Shown in pieces: positions 18,288 to 27,127 of a DNA stretch of 63,027 nt. The stretch covers positions 1-63,027 of the forward strand of contig CAMZKE010000017.1 of NCBI GenBank assembly GCA_947311115.1, given 5' to 3'. The notes beneath the pieces were generated by a model, which saw only the letters and a list, made by a program, of their open reading frames with translations, was not told the origin of the DNA and searched no databases. The stretch is from an uncultured Bacteroidales bacterium. Its GTDB lineage: Bacteria; Bacteroidota; Bacteroidia; Bacteroidales; JAFGXI01. The translations under genes and the position numbers were made by a program. Position 1 is the first letter of the stretch. Each line of letters starts with the position of its first letter.

Positions 18288-21200
18288 TTATTTCTTAAAT
18301 CTAAACTCTAAAACACGTTTAAATATATTGAAATACAAGAAAATATATAATATTAAAGTTAATATCCAAACAACTATTATATTAAAGTAATAAGTATCGA
18401 AAAATCTACCTGCAAAGTATTTTTGAGGTGCATAAAAGTGACTTCTAAAGTCTAAAAAGTGAGTTGGCGATGGGTCTAAATATATTAAATCAACTTGCTG
18501 TATTAATTTATCACCATCTTGAATAATTTTATGCTGTTCAAAAACCTTTTTTACAATATCTGAAATACTTTGATTATAGTAATTATCTTTATTTAATTTA
18601 TAAACATCACCTTTTTGTTCGGTATAATAATCTATCATTCGTTGCTTTTTATCGTAAGCTTTTTGAAACATTATACCGTAATACTTATTTAAGTCATCTA
18701 AATAACTATTTGCCATATATAGAATATAATCGTTTAGTGAGTCACGACTTATTGATTGAATTAAGTTATTACTCACTCCTTTCATTAATGGCTTTTGTTT
18801 GGTAAATTCGTGTCTTACCATAGCTAAATTAATATCAACTTTCGATACTATATCATCTCTTTTATTTTCAACATTATCGAAGCAATATTGTAATTTTTCT
18901 TTAACTTCAGGTATATAGTAAACTTGCATAAAGTTAGCTACACTCATTTTCTTTTCTACATCAAAAAACTGTCGTTCAAATTTATTATCTTTAAACTGAT
19001 GAACCATTAATGCTTCATACATCCATTTTGATGTCATAAACTCAGCTATAAGCGGTACTTTATCGATACTACTAACAGCTTTATTCAATTTTTCGAAGCT
19101 AAACATAGCTCCTCCTAATATCATTTGAGGAATTAGCACTAAAGGTATTATAATATAAATAGTTACAGCCGAATTAAATGTCGCAGATATATTTAATCCA
19201 AGCATATTAGAAAAGGCAGCCGTTGTAAACAAGGCCAGCCAATAATACATATTCATATCTCTAATACCTAAAATATAGTTACCAATAAGTACAAAAAAGC
19301 CTGTTTGTATTGCTGAAATTACAAATAATATAGTAACTTTTGAGAGCAAATAACTCGACCTGCTAAGATTTAAAAACGATTCTCGTTTAAGAATTTTGCG
19401 GTCTCTAAAAATTTCTTCGGCACTAACTGTTAGCCCTAAAAACATTGCTACCACAATACTCATAAAAATATATGGTGGTATATTTTCGTTTTCACGATAA
19501 ATATAGTGAGAAGAATTTGGGTCGGCTATATAACGTATAATAAATGAAAGAATTACCGATAATATAGGTGCTTCTAACATGTTTAATGCTATATACTGTG
19601 TATTACTTATTTTTGATAAAAAATCGCGAGTCAAATAAATATATATTTGGCTTAACCAACGTGGAATATTTAATGACTTTGGGGGTTGCTCGTCAACTTC
19701 CTCAAATGTATCTTCTATTTTGTTTTTTTCATATAAGTCTGACCACTCTTGCGGGTTTACTTTTCTATCTTCTTGATATACTCCATACTCATCAACTACA
19801 CGAGCCTCAATAATATTAAAAACGAGTTCAGGATTAACATTACCACAAAGCGAACACTCTCCTTCATCGCTATTAATTTGAGCATCTAATCGTTTAAAAT
19901 ACATTACCGACTCAATAGGATTACCGTAATAAACCTGATACCCACCGGTATCTAATACAATAACCTTATCAAACATTTTATAAATATCAGACGATGGTTG
20001 ATGTATTACTACATAAATTAGCTTTCCTTTTAATGCTAATTCACGAAGCAAATCCATAACATTTTCTGAATCGCGCGATGATAAACCTGAAGTAGGCTCA
20101 TCAACAAATAAAATTGAGGGTTCTCGTATTAATTCAAGTGCAATATTTAATCTTTTTCGTTGTCCACCACTAATTAATTTGTTTAAAGGGCTTCCTACTT
20201 TTAAATTTTTACGTTCTAAAAGTCCTAAATTTTTTAATGTTTTGTTAACAAGCTTAGTTAATTCTTCTTTATTTTTATCTCTAAAACAAAGCTTTGCACT
20301 ATAATATAGGTTCTGAAATACAGTAAGTTCTTCTATTAATAAATCATCTTGCGGAATAAAACCAATAACGCCTTCTGTTTTTTCTTTTTGCTCGTATAAA
20401 TTATAACCATTTATTTCAATGCTACCAGCCGAAGGTTTATTCATTCCGGAAAGCACATTTAGTAATGTAGTTTTACCTGCACCACTTGCCCCCATTATTG
20501 CAATAAGTTTACCTTGATTTTCGTTTATATTAATATTTCGTAAACCTAAGGCACCATTAGGAAATTTATATTCAATATTTTTGGCAACGTACGATATATT
20601 AACAAAATTGTTATCCTTTTTATATTGCGATATTACATCGCTATAATATATTGGTTTACCTTTCGAGAGTTTTAATGTACTTCCGTTTGCAAATACGTTA
20701 ATTCTTTTCCCATTAACTATTAAGCCGTTAAGATAAAATTCTAAATCGCCGGTATAACGAATAAAATATTGTTCTGTATTTTCTATTTGAAGAATTATTA
20801 ATTCACCTTCAATGCCTTTCATATTTATAGAAAGACAGCTTTTATTATTCGTTTCTTCTGATGATATTATTAATAAATCTTCAGAACATTTTAATTCCTC
20901 AATATTTTGAGAGAACACAAATGTTTCAATATTTTTTACATCTTTAACATCAATATTAAAAACTTCAGCAACGGTATGAATAATAGCCATTCGTTGCTCG
21001 GTAAATTTTCTGTCGGAATTTACCAATTCGAATAAACGAACTAACACAATAACTTTTTGTTTTTGTGTTAGTGTTTTATTAATTTTTTTTGATATTCCAA
21101 GAATTTTAACCGAATCGCCAACTGAGGTTAATTTACGTTTCTTTTTAGGTTTTACATCCTCAATATCAGTATTATCTAATTCTTTTTGTTTTTTAGAATA

Positions 21201-21368
21201 ACCTGACTTTTTATCGAAAAGCTGTAAATATTCTTCAACTTTTGAGCCAGAAACTTGCTGACGAAGAGTTAACATAACAAAGTCACGCTCACTATCTTCA
21301 ACACCATCATCTTGTTTTGCAATTATTGCATATAATTGCATCAAAGCTTTTAGAATTTCTTCACTCAT
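18288..21368 (-). CDS. ABCG-type fused ATPase-permease with an N-terminal TerB-like region and a possible FHA-like beta domain
   Basis: This 1026-aa ORF has two TerB-like half sites in aa 1-150 (IIAKQDDGVEDSERDF; LVNSDRKFTEQRMAIIHTVAEVFNI). Aa 160-250 are beta-rich (YLNGLIVNGKRI...GSTLKL). It has Walker A GASGAGKTT, signature ISGGQRKR and Walker B LFVDEPTSGLS. Multiple TM helices follow, then a ~230-aa tail with a final TM. Confidence 0.75.
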   Translation of the reverse strand: MSEEILKALMQLYAIIAKQDDGVEDSERDFVMLTLRQQVSGSKVEEYLQLFDKKSGYSKKQKELDNTDIEDVKPKKKRKLTSVGDSVKILGISKKINKTLTQKQKVIVLVRLFELVNSDRKFTEQRMAIIHTVAEVFNIDVKDVKNIETFVFSQNIEELKCSEDLLIISSEETNNKSCLSINMKGIEGELIILQIENTEQYFIRYTGDLEFYLNGLIVNGKRINVFANGSTLKLSKGKPIYYSDVISQYKKDNNFVNISYVAKNIEYKFPNGALGLRNININENQGKLIAIMGASGAGKTTLLNVLSGMNKPSAGSIEINGYNLYEQKEKTEGVIGFIPQDDLLIEELTVFQNLYYSAKLCFRDKNKEELTKLVNKTLKNLGLLERKNLKVGSPLNKLISGGQRKRLNIALELIREPSILFVDEPTSGLSSRDSENVMDLLRELALKGKLIYVVIHQPSSDIYKMFDKVIVLDTGGYQVYYGNPIESVMYFKRLDAQINSDEGECSLCGNVNPELVFNIIEARVVDEYGVYQEDRKVNPQEWSDLYEKNKIEDTFEEVDEQPPKSLNIPRWLSQIYIYLTRDFLSKISNTQYIALNMLEAPILSVILSFIIRYIADPNSSHYIYRENENIPPYIFMSIVVAMFLGLTVSAEEIFRDRKILKRESFLNLSRSSYLLSKVTILFVISAIQTGFFVLIGNYILGIRDMNMYYWLALFTTAAFSNMLGLNISATFNSAVTIYIIIPLVLIPQMILGGAMFSFEKLNKAVSSIDKVPLIAEFMTSKWMYEALMVHQFKDNKFERQFFDVEKKMSVANFMQVYYIPEVKEKLQYCFDNVENKRDDIVSKVDINLAMVRHEFTKQKPLMKGVSNNLIQSISRDSLNDYILYMANSYLDDLNKYYGIMFQKAYDKKQRMIDYYTEQKGDVYKLNKDNYYNQSISDIVKKVFEQHKIIQDGDKLIQQVDLIYLDPSPTHFLDFRSHFYAPQKYFAGRFFDTYYFNIIVVWILTLILYIFLYFNIFKRVLEFRFKK

Positions 21369-21411
21369 TTATTTAGTTGCTATTTTATTTATTATTTTAA
21401 GCTAAAGTTTA

Positions 21412-21792
21412 TTACGATTCGTAACTAACCAATTCAATTGGTACATCAACAATATCAGCATATTCTTCGCCAGCTTCTTCCATATCTTCATCATCATCAG
21501 GGAAGTACCATTTTACAAGAACTTCTTTATCGTCTTCGTGCATTTCTTCTAATTTCATTAATACATCTAAAAGTAATTTTGATGAAGCTGTATTGAAATA
21601 CTCTAATTTGAATTCAAAAACAATCTTTTTAGAGTATTCTTCGGCAAGCTCTTCAAGCCACTCTAAAATTGGATCATAAAAAGCTGTAACATCTTCAGGC
21701 ATTGAACGTCCTGATATTTGGAATATTCCATTTTCGGCATCTAATATTACGCTAGGGATATCATCTCCACCTTGTATTTTTATTGCTTCCAT
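21412..21792 (-). CDS. SiaC-like DUF1987 partner-switch phosphoprotein
   Basis: This 126-aa ORF has the motif LEYFNTASSKLLLDVLMKLEE, which matches the DUF1987/SiaC YLNTSS.K...D.L core. It also has an acidic C-terminus. Confidence 0.7.
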   Translation of the reverse strand: MEAIKIQGGDDIPSVILDAENGIFQISGRSMPEDVTAFYDPILEWLEELAEEYSKKIVFEFKLEYFNTASSKLLLDVLMKLEEMHEDDKEVLVKWYFPDDDEDMEEAGEEYADIVDVPIELVSYES

Positions 21793-21797
21793 AATAT

Positions 21798-22373
21798 TTA
21801 TTTTTTTCTTTGAATTACTGTGGTTAATATAAAAAATGATGTATTATCATCTACTTTCTTAAAACTAAAATCTAGTTGAGAACCTGTTTTTCTTGCTATA
21901 TCAATAAAACCAAGACCAGCTCCTTTTTTTTCTGACAGTTTTCCTTCTCTAATTTGTTGTTTATACAATGCTTTTAGTTCATCTTTATTCATGCCGTTTA
22001 ACATTTCTAAAGACTCTCTTAGCCCAACAACATTTTCTTCAGCAATTAAGTTGCCTGTAGTTATTTTATAAACTTCATCGGTTTTATGTACCATAAAAAT
22101 CCCCCTACCATCTTTTGAGTATGATTCTGAAGGATTCTCGGCATGTTTACTAATATTTTGTAAACATTCAACCATAACATGAAAAACTTTTCGCTGTGTA
22201 GCTCCTGATTCTTCATCATCATTCATTTTTTTTTCTGTAAGCGAAGTAAATGCTTTTGTAATACTATGAGTAATTTCGCCTTCGTAAACAAGGCTAATAT
22301 CATTATCCCTCATAGTTTTATGAAACTCCATTACTGCATCTAAAAATGACTTATTTATTTTATTACTTTCCAT
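21798..22373 (-). CDS. SiaB-like (anti-sigma/HATPase-like) protein kinase
   Basis: It has N-box-like ECLQNISKHA and G-box-like KGAGLGFIDIARKTG. I prefer the ATG at 22373, 10 nt after the upstream stop, over the TTG at 22400 in the ORF track. Confidence 0.65.
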   Translation of the reverse strand: MESNKINKSFLDAVMEFHKTMRDNDISLVYEGEITHSITKAFTSLTEKKMNDDEESGATQRKVFHVMVECLQNISKHAENPSESYSKDGRGIFMVHKTDEVYKITTGNLIAEENVVGLRESLEMLNGMNKDELKALYKQQIREGKLSEKKGAGLGFIDIARKTGSQLDFSFKKVDDNTSFFILTTVIQRKK

Positions 22374-22383
22374 AAAAAATATT

Positions 22384-25017
22384 TTAAAATTCAACACCAA
22401 TCATTAATATATCATCAATTTGTTTATTCTCAGCTTTCCAATTTACAAATTCTGTTTCAAAATATTCAGAATATTGCGACATTGAAAATTTATTATTTTT
22501 AACTATACCTTCTCTAATTTGTTTTGCTTGATATTTCTTTCTATTTGGACCTCCTATTTGATCTGGATAACCATCAGAAAAAATAAATATTTTATCTCCT
22601 TTTTTAATATCAATTATATAATTAGTAAAGTTCTTTTCTTTTTTCTTTTTGTGAGGAATTCCTCCAATTGCTTTTCTGTCTCCTTTAAACTCTTGTAATT
22701 CGCCATTTCGTAGTAAATATAATGGTCGGTGAGCACCGGCATAATATAATTTATTTTCGTTTAAATCGTAACGACAAAGTGCAACGTCCATACCATCTCT
22801 ACTATTAGCACCTTCTACATCTTGACGAAGTGTTTTACGTACTCCATGATGTAAATTATCAAGTATAACACCTGAGTCTAATACTTTTTTGTGGTCAACA
22901 ATATTATTTAACTGGAAATAACCGATAAATGATAATAATGCTCCCGGTACACCATGCCCTGTACAATCTACAGCTGCAAAATATATATTATTATCGCGTG
23001 TAAACATCCAAGGGAAATCACCACTTACTACATCTTTTGGTTTGTAGAATATAAAAGAATCTGAGAAGTAGCTTTGTAAGTTAGTAGTTTTTGGTAATAT
23101 AGAACCTTGAATACGTTTAGCGTAGTTTATACTCTCTGTTATTTTTTTATTTGTATTTTCAATCTCAATCTCAATTTCTTTACGTTCGGTAATATCATGT
23201 GCAACTATAAGTACAGTTTCTAAATCTTTATTTTCATTAAACTCAGGAATAGAATTTACCGACATATAACGCTTACCAAGGTTACTATCTAGTTCAAATT
23301 CATTTTCTTGAATAATAGGATTGTTAATCAGCAAATGTAAAGCATTAGTGAAAAAATTAACAATTTCCGTATCAACTTCAGAGTCTGTAATAAGTTTATT
23401 ATTTACAGTTTTTGCATCAACACCTGTATATTTCTCAAAAACAGGATTTACATAATAAATTTTACCCTCTAAACTTAATCGCATTATTAAATCTTGCGAA
23501 TTTTCTGATAAAGCTTGCATTTGACCTCTTCGTCGCTGCTCTTTTTCTGCTAACTTACGAAGAGTTATGTCTCTGGTATTAAATAATATACCGTTGATTA
23601 TTGGATTATCTATTAAATTTCTACAAGTAGCTTCTAACCATATTAGGCTTTCGTCTTTTTTATAATATTCAAATTCAACAGTAATAGGTGATAACGGATT
23701 TTTAATTATATTTTCGAAAGTTTCTTCTACAATTTTTCTTGTTGCTTCCGATACTCTATCTAAACCATTTGTTCCAACAGTTTCGGTATGTGAATAACCT
23801 AATATATTTTTAACCGAAGGACTTTCGTATTTTACAACTCCTTGTTCATCATATATTGTAATTACTTCCGATGCATTTTCTAAAAGAGTATGTTGTCTAA
23901 GCTGTGCATCTTGAACTTCTTTAATTTTTTGTTCTAAATCAATATTTGCTTTTTCAAGTTCTTCTTGAGTAGCAATCATTTCTTCTGCATTCTGCCTTAA
24001 TTCTTCTTCATTTTCTTGAAGTTCTTCGGTCATACGTTGCGATTCGTCTAACAGTTTTTGTGTTTTATAGTTTATTATTAAACTAAATAACGATTGACCA
24101 ATCATATCACTAATACCTTCAACAAAACTTATCACTTTTTTAGACATGCTGTCTTCAATAGCTGCAATTTCAATAACTCCACGTAATTTTTCGTCACTTA
24201 TAAGTGGCACTATTAAAATACTACCCGGCTTTTTTTCACCTAATATTCCTGATGTTATTGTAACATAGCCTTCAGGTATTTCTGTTCTATAAACTGTATC
24301 AAGTTCATAAGCTGCTTGACCAATAAGCCCTTCTCCTATTTTAAACTCTTGTTTTATAAACTTTTTTCTGTTATATGCATAAGATGCATAGTTTACAAGC
24401 ACTTTATTATCTTCGTCATAAATATAAAACGAGCCTTGTATTACATCAACATAATTTATAAGTACTTTTAGTACATTGTATGACAATTCATTAAGGTCGG
24501 TAAATTCCCTAAGTACATTTGATATTTTATCTCTTCCTTTAATTATCCAATTTTGCTCTTTTTCTTTTATTGAAGATGATAATAAATCATTCTTCATTTT
24601 TAATAATACCTTGAATAAGGGGTCTTTTTCATCAAGAGTGTCTTTTACTTCTATATCGTAATTTCCTTTTCCTACCTCTTTTGCAAAGCTGGAAACTTTT
24701 TCAATATATCTTTCTTGTTCTTCTATATATATATCAATTCTTGATTGGTCTTTTTGTATTTTTAAAGCTAATAAATAAGCTACAAAACCTAATATTAAAG
24801 GAGCCATATCAATAATAAAATGCATAGGGTTTTCCATGTGCATTTGCCATATCATATCAATACCATATCCTCTATAAACTAAATCAAAAATCCATGCAAT
24901 AATTGGAAACATAAGTCCAAAAAGCATGCCTCCGACAGGATACCTCCTTGTTTTACAAGAAAGCCCAAATGCTCCGCATTTATTGTTATTGTTATTATTT
25001 ATTTCGCTTGTTGTCAT
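22384..25017 (-). CDS. Membrane-anchored GAF / coiled-coil / 2xPAS / PP2C (SpoIIE, SiaA/RsbU-like) phosphatase
   Basis: This 877-aa ORF has 2 TM helices (aa ~30-85) and a GAF domain (aa ~175-310, GEGLIGQA...ILIVPLI). An EEL-rich coil spans aa 326-356, followed by two PAS-like blocks. The PP2C motifs are KDVVSGDFPW and DCTGHGVPGA, and the C-terminus is QIDDILMIGVEF. Confidence 0.8.
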   Translation of the reverse strand: MTTSEINNNNNNKCGAFGLSCKTRRYPVGGMLFGLMFPIIAWIFDLVYRGYGIDMIWQMHMENPMHFIIDMAPLILGFVAYLLALKIQKDQSRIDIYIEEQERYIEKVSSFAKEVGKGNYDIEVKDTLDEKDPLFKVLLKMKNDLLSSSIKEKEQNWIIKGRDKISNVLREFTDLNELSYNVLKVLINYVDVIQGSFYIYDEDNKVLVNYASYAYNRKKFIKQEFKIGEGLIGQAAYELDTVYRTEIPEGYVTITSGILGEKKPGSILIVPLISDEKLRGVIEIAAIEDSMSKKVISFVEGISDMIGQSLFSLIINYKTQKLLDESQRMTEELQENEEELRQNAEEMIATQEELEKANIDLEQKIKEVQDAQLRQHTLLENASEVITIYDEQGVVKYESPSVKNILGYSHTETVGTNGLDRVSEATRKIVEETFENIIKNPLSPITVEFEYYKKDESLIWLEATCRNLIDNPIINGILFNTRDITLRKLAEKEQRRRGQMQALSENSQDLIMRLSLEGKIYYVNPVFEKYTGVDAKTVNNKLITDSEVDTEIVNFFTNALHLLINNPIIQENEFELDSNLGKRYMSVNSIPEFNENKDLETVLIVAHDITERKEIEIEIENTNKKITESINYAKRIQGSILPKTTNLQSYFSDSFIFYKPKDVVSGDFPWMFTRDNNIYFAAVDCTGHGVPGALLSFIGYFQLNNIVDHKKVLDSGVILDNLHHGVRKTLRQDVEGANSRDGMDVALCRYDLNENKLYYAGAHRPLYLLRNGELQEFKGDRKAIGGIPHKKKKEKNFTNYIIDIKKGDKIFIFSDGYPDQIGGPNRKKYQAKQIREGIVKNNKFSMSQYSEYFETEFVNWKAENKQIDDILMIGVEF

Positions 25018-25031
25018 TCTTTATTTTTTTG

Positions 25032-25766
25032 TTAATGAACATTTATTATGTTCTCCGAAATTTTATTTACAGATTCATTAATAATATTCTTATCATTTTC
25101 GGTAAACTCGTTTAATGAAGCAATTTCGGCTACTGCTACAACACTATTATCTATTATTGCCGGTACTATAAGTAATGATTTAGGATTTCCTTTTCCCAAG
25201 CCTGATAATATTGTAATATAACCATCTGGTATATCATCAATACTTAACATTTTTTTATCTTTTATTGCTTGCCCGATTATGCCATCACCTTCTTCTACGT
25301 TACTTATTTCTTTTTCAGAATAGTAAGCATAGGTACTTATTGGCTTAAAGATATTGTCCTCGCTCTTTAAGTAAAAAACTGCTTGTGCTATATTTAATTG
25401 TTTAGCTAAATTTATTAATTGCTTTTCAACATAATTTTCTGAATTTTGCTCTTTATTTTTTGATGTTATTATTAATTCTTTTGTTTCTTCTTTATCTTCA
25501 ATCATTTCAAATATTTCAGTGTTATCAATACTTTCAACGCTATCATCATTAACATAAACCTCTTTAATAACTTCTACTTCTTTTACTATTGTTTTTCTTG
25601 AAAGTAAATTAATTACTAATAATAGAACTACTAATGCATCAATAATACCAATAAGTACAAACCCATTACTTTCTTTATCTATTGTATCAATTTCTAAATA
25701 CGACAAAATCAGTATTATTGATATTAATACAATATTAGCAATATTTCTAAAATTTAAAGCCTTCAT
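25032..25766 (-). CDS. Membrane-anchored stand-alone GAF-domain protein
   Basis: This 244-aa ORF has 2 N-terminal TM helices. Its GAF block (GDGIIGQA...IPDGYITILSGLGKGNPKSLLIVPAI) is a clear paralog of the GAF in 22384..25017. Its start overlaps the CheB stop by 1 nt. Confidence 0.7.
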   Translation of the reverse strand: MKALNFRNIANIVLISIILILSYLEIDTIDKESNGFVLIGIIDALVVLLLVINLLSRKTIVKEVEVIKEVYVNDDSVESIDNTEIFEMIEDKEETKELIITSKNKEQNSENYVEKQLINLAKQLNIAQAVFYLKSEDNIFKPISTYAYYSEKEISNVEEGDGIIGQAIKDKKMLSIDDIPDGYITILSGLGKGNPKSLLIVPAIIDNSVVAVAEIASLNEFTENDKNIINESVNKISENIINVH

Positions 25767-26323
25767 TATATATTGTTTAAAAAATTAATAATTCCCTGAG
25801 TTGTTAATACTTCATCAGGAGTTGTTATATCAATAGCTGAACTTGGCATTGTTTTTATTTGTGCTTCATTAGGGTCTTGAACTATTACTTTACCACCATA
25901 ATCTTTTATTCGTTTTATACCTTTTGCACCATCTTTATTTGCACCCGATAAAATAATTCCAATTACTTTATCGCGATATGATGTTGCTGCAGAATAAAAT
26001 GAAAGATCTATTGATGGTCTTGAATGATTTACAACCGGTTCGGTTGATAAACTAAATTTTTGACCATATTCTATATACATATGATAATTAGCCGGAGCTA
26101 AATAAACCATTCCTTTTTTTATTATATCTTTATCATACGGTTCAATAATTTGTAAATTAGACTTTAACGCAAGTGCTTCTACAAAACCTGAACGTATATG
26201 TTTTAATCTATGCAAACATAGGAATAATGGTAAATCAAAGTTTTTAGGTAACGAACTAAGTATTTTAGTTACTACCTGAAAACTACCGGCACTACCACCT
26301 ATTATTACAGCTTTATATTTCAT
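25766..26323 (-). CDS. cheB: CheB-type protein-glutamate methylesterase, catalytic domain only (no receiver domain)
   Basis: This 185-aa ORF has IIGGSAGS (Ser), CLHRL (His) and SGANKDGA (Asp) in the CheB catalytic-triad order. Confidence 0.75.
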   Translation of the reverse strand: MKYKAVIIGGSAGSFQVVTKILSSLPKNFDLPLFLCLHRLKHIRSGFVEALALKSNLQIIEPYDKDIIKKGMVYLAPANYHMYIEYGQKFSLSTEPVVNHSRPSIDLSFYSAATSYRDKVIGIILSGANKDGAKGIKRIKDYGGKVIVQDPNEAQIKTMPSSAIDITTPDEVLTTQGIINFLNNI

Positions 26324-26326
26324 TAA

Positions 26327-27127
26327 TTATTTCTTTTTATATATTCGTTCAGTATAACACTCCTCTATAAACTTATCGTTTACAGTTCTATTAATAAGAA
26401 TATTCTCTTTAATCCCGATTATTAGTTTTCCCCCTATTTTCAAACTATTGTATAAATTATTTAAAATAATATTTTGAGCATCATCTTTCAAATATATAAA
26501 TTTATTTCTAAATATTATCATATCTTGATTCTTTGGTAATTTACCGGTGAAAAGGTTCAAATTAATAAAACTTGTATTTTTTTGTAATGATTTTAATAAA
26601 CTATTTTCAAAATATTTGCTTAGTTCATCTTTACCTTCAAATCGTTTATAATTTGCTCTATTTAACTCTATTTGCTTAGGTGATATTTTAACTTCTTTTA
26701 TTAAATCAATAGTTTTGTTAGACCAACTTGATACAGTAATTCTTACATTATCAATTAAATTTAACTCGTTTAATAAAACTAAAAGTGTATAATACTCATC
26801 GCCTGTAGTACATGCCGGTATATATATTTTGTAGTCTTTAAAATCTTTTACTGTTGAAATAAGTTCAGTTTTTAACTTACGCCACATAGCAGGGTCTCGA
26901 AACATTTCGGTAAATGGAACAGCAAAAATTGATAAAAATTCATCTTTGTTAATATTTTCTTTGTTAAATTTTACTGCCAACTCATCTGCATTTCTATACT
27001 CAAACACCTCCATAGTATGAATAAGCCTACTTTTTAACGTAGTTGTTGAAAATACAGAAAAATCTACATTAATTGCAGTTTCTATTATTTTAACTATTTT
27101 TCTTTGTTCCGAAATTGTTAAATCCAT
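26327..27127 (-). CDS. cheR: CheR-type protein-glutamate O-methyltransferase
   Basis: This 266-aa ORF has TEMFRDP (CheR TxFFRD motif) and PACTTGDEYYTL in place of the SAM-site AGCSTGEEPYS. Confidence 0.7.
   Translation of the reverse strand: MDLTISEQRKIVKIIETAINVDFSVFSTTTLKSRLIHTMEVFEYRNADELAVKFNKENINKDEFLSIFAVPFTEMFRDPAMWRKLKTELISTVKDFKDYKIYIPACTTGDEYYTLLVLLNELNLIDNVRITVSSWSNKTIDLIKEVKISPKQIELNRANYKRFEGKDELSKYFENSLLKSLQKNTSFINLNLFTGKLPKNQDMIIFRNKFIYLKDDAQNIILNNLYNSLKIGGKLIIGIKENILINRTVNDKFIEECYTERIYKKK

Noticed and set aside
20619-20891. Calling the beta-rich block of the ABC transporter a bona fide FHA domain.
   Set aside because: I could not find the conserved Gly-Arg, Ser-x-x-His and Asn-Gly constellation in the expected order. 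I keep it only as 'FHA-like, unverified' in the finding and do not call it as a feature.
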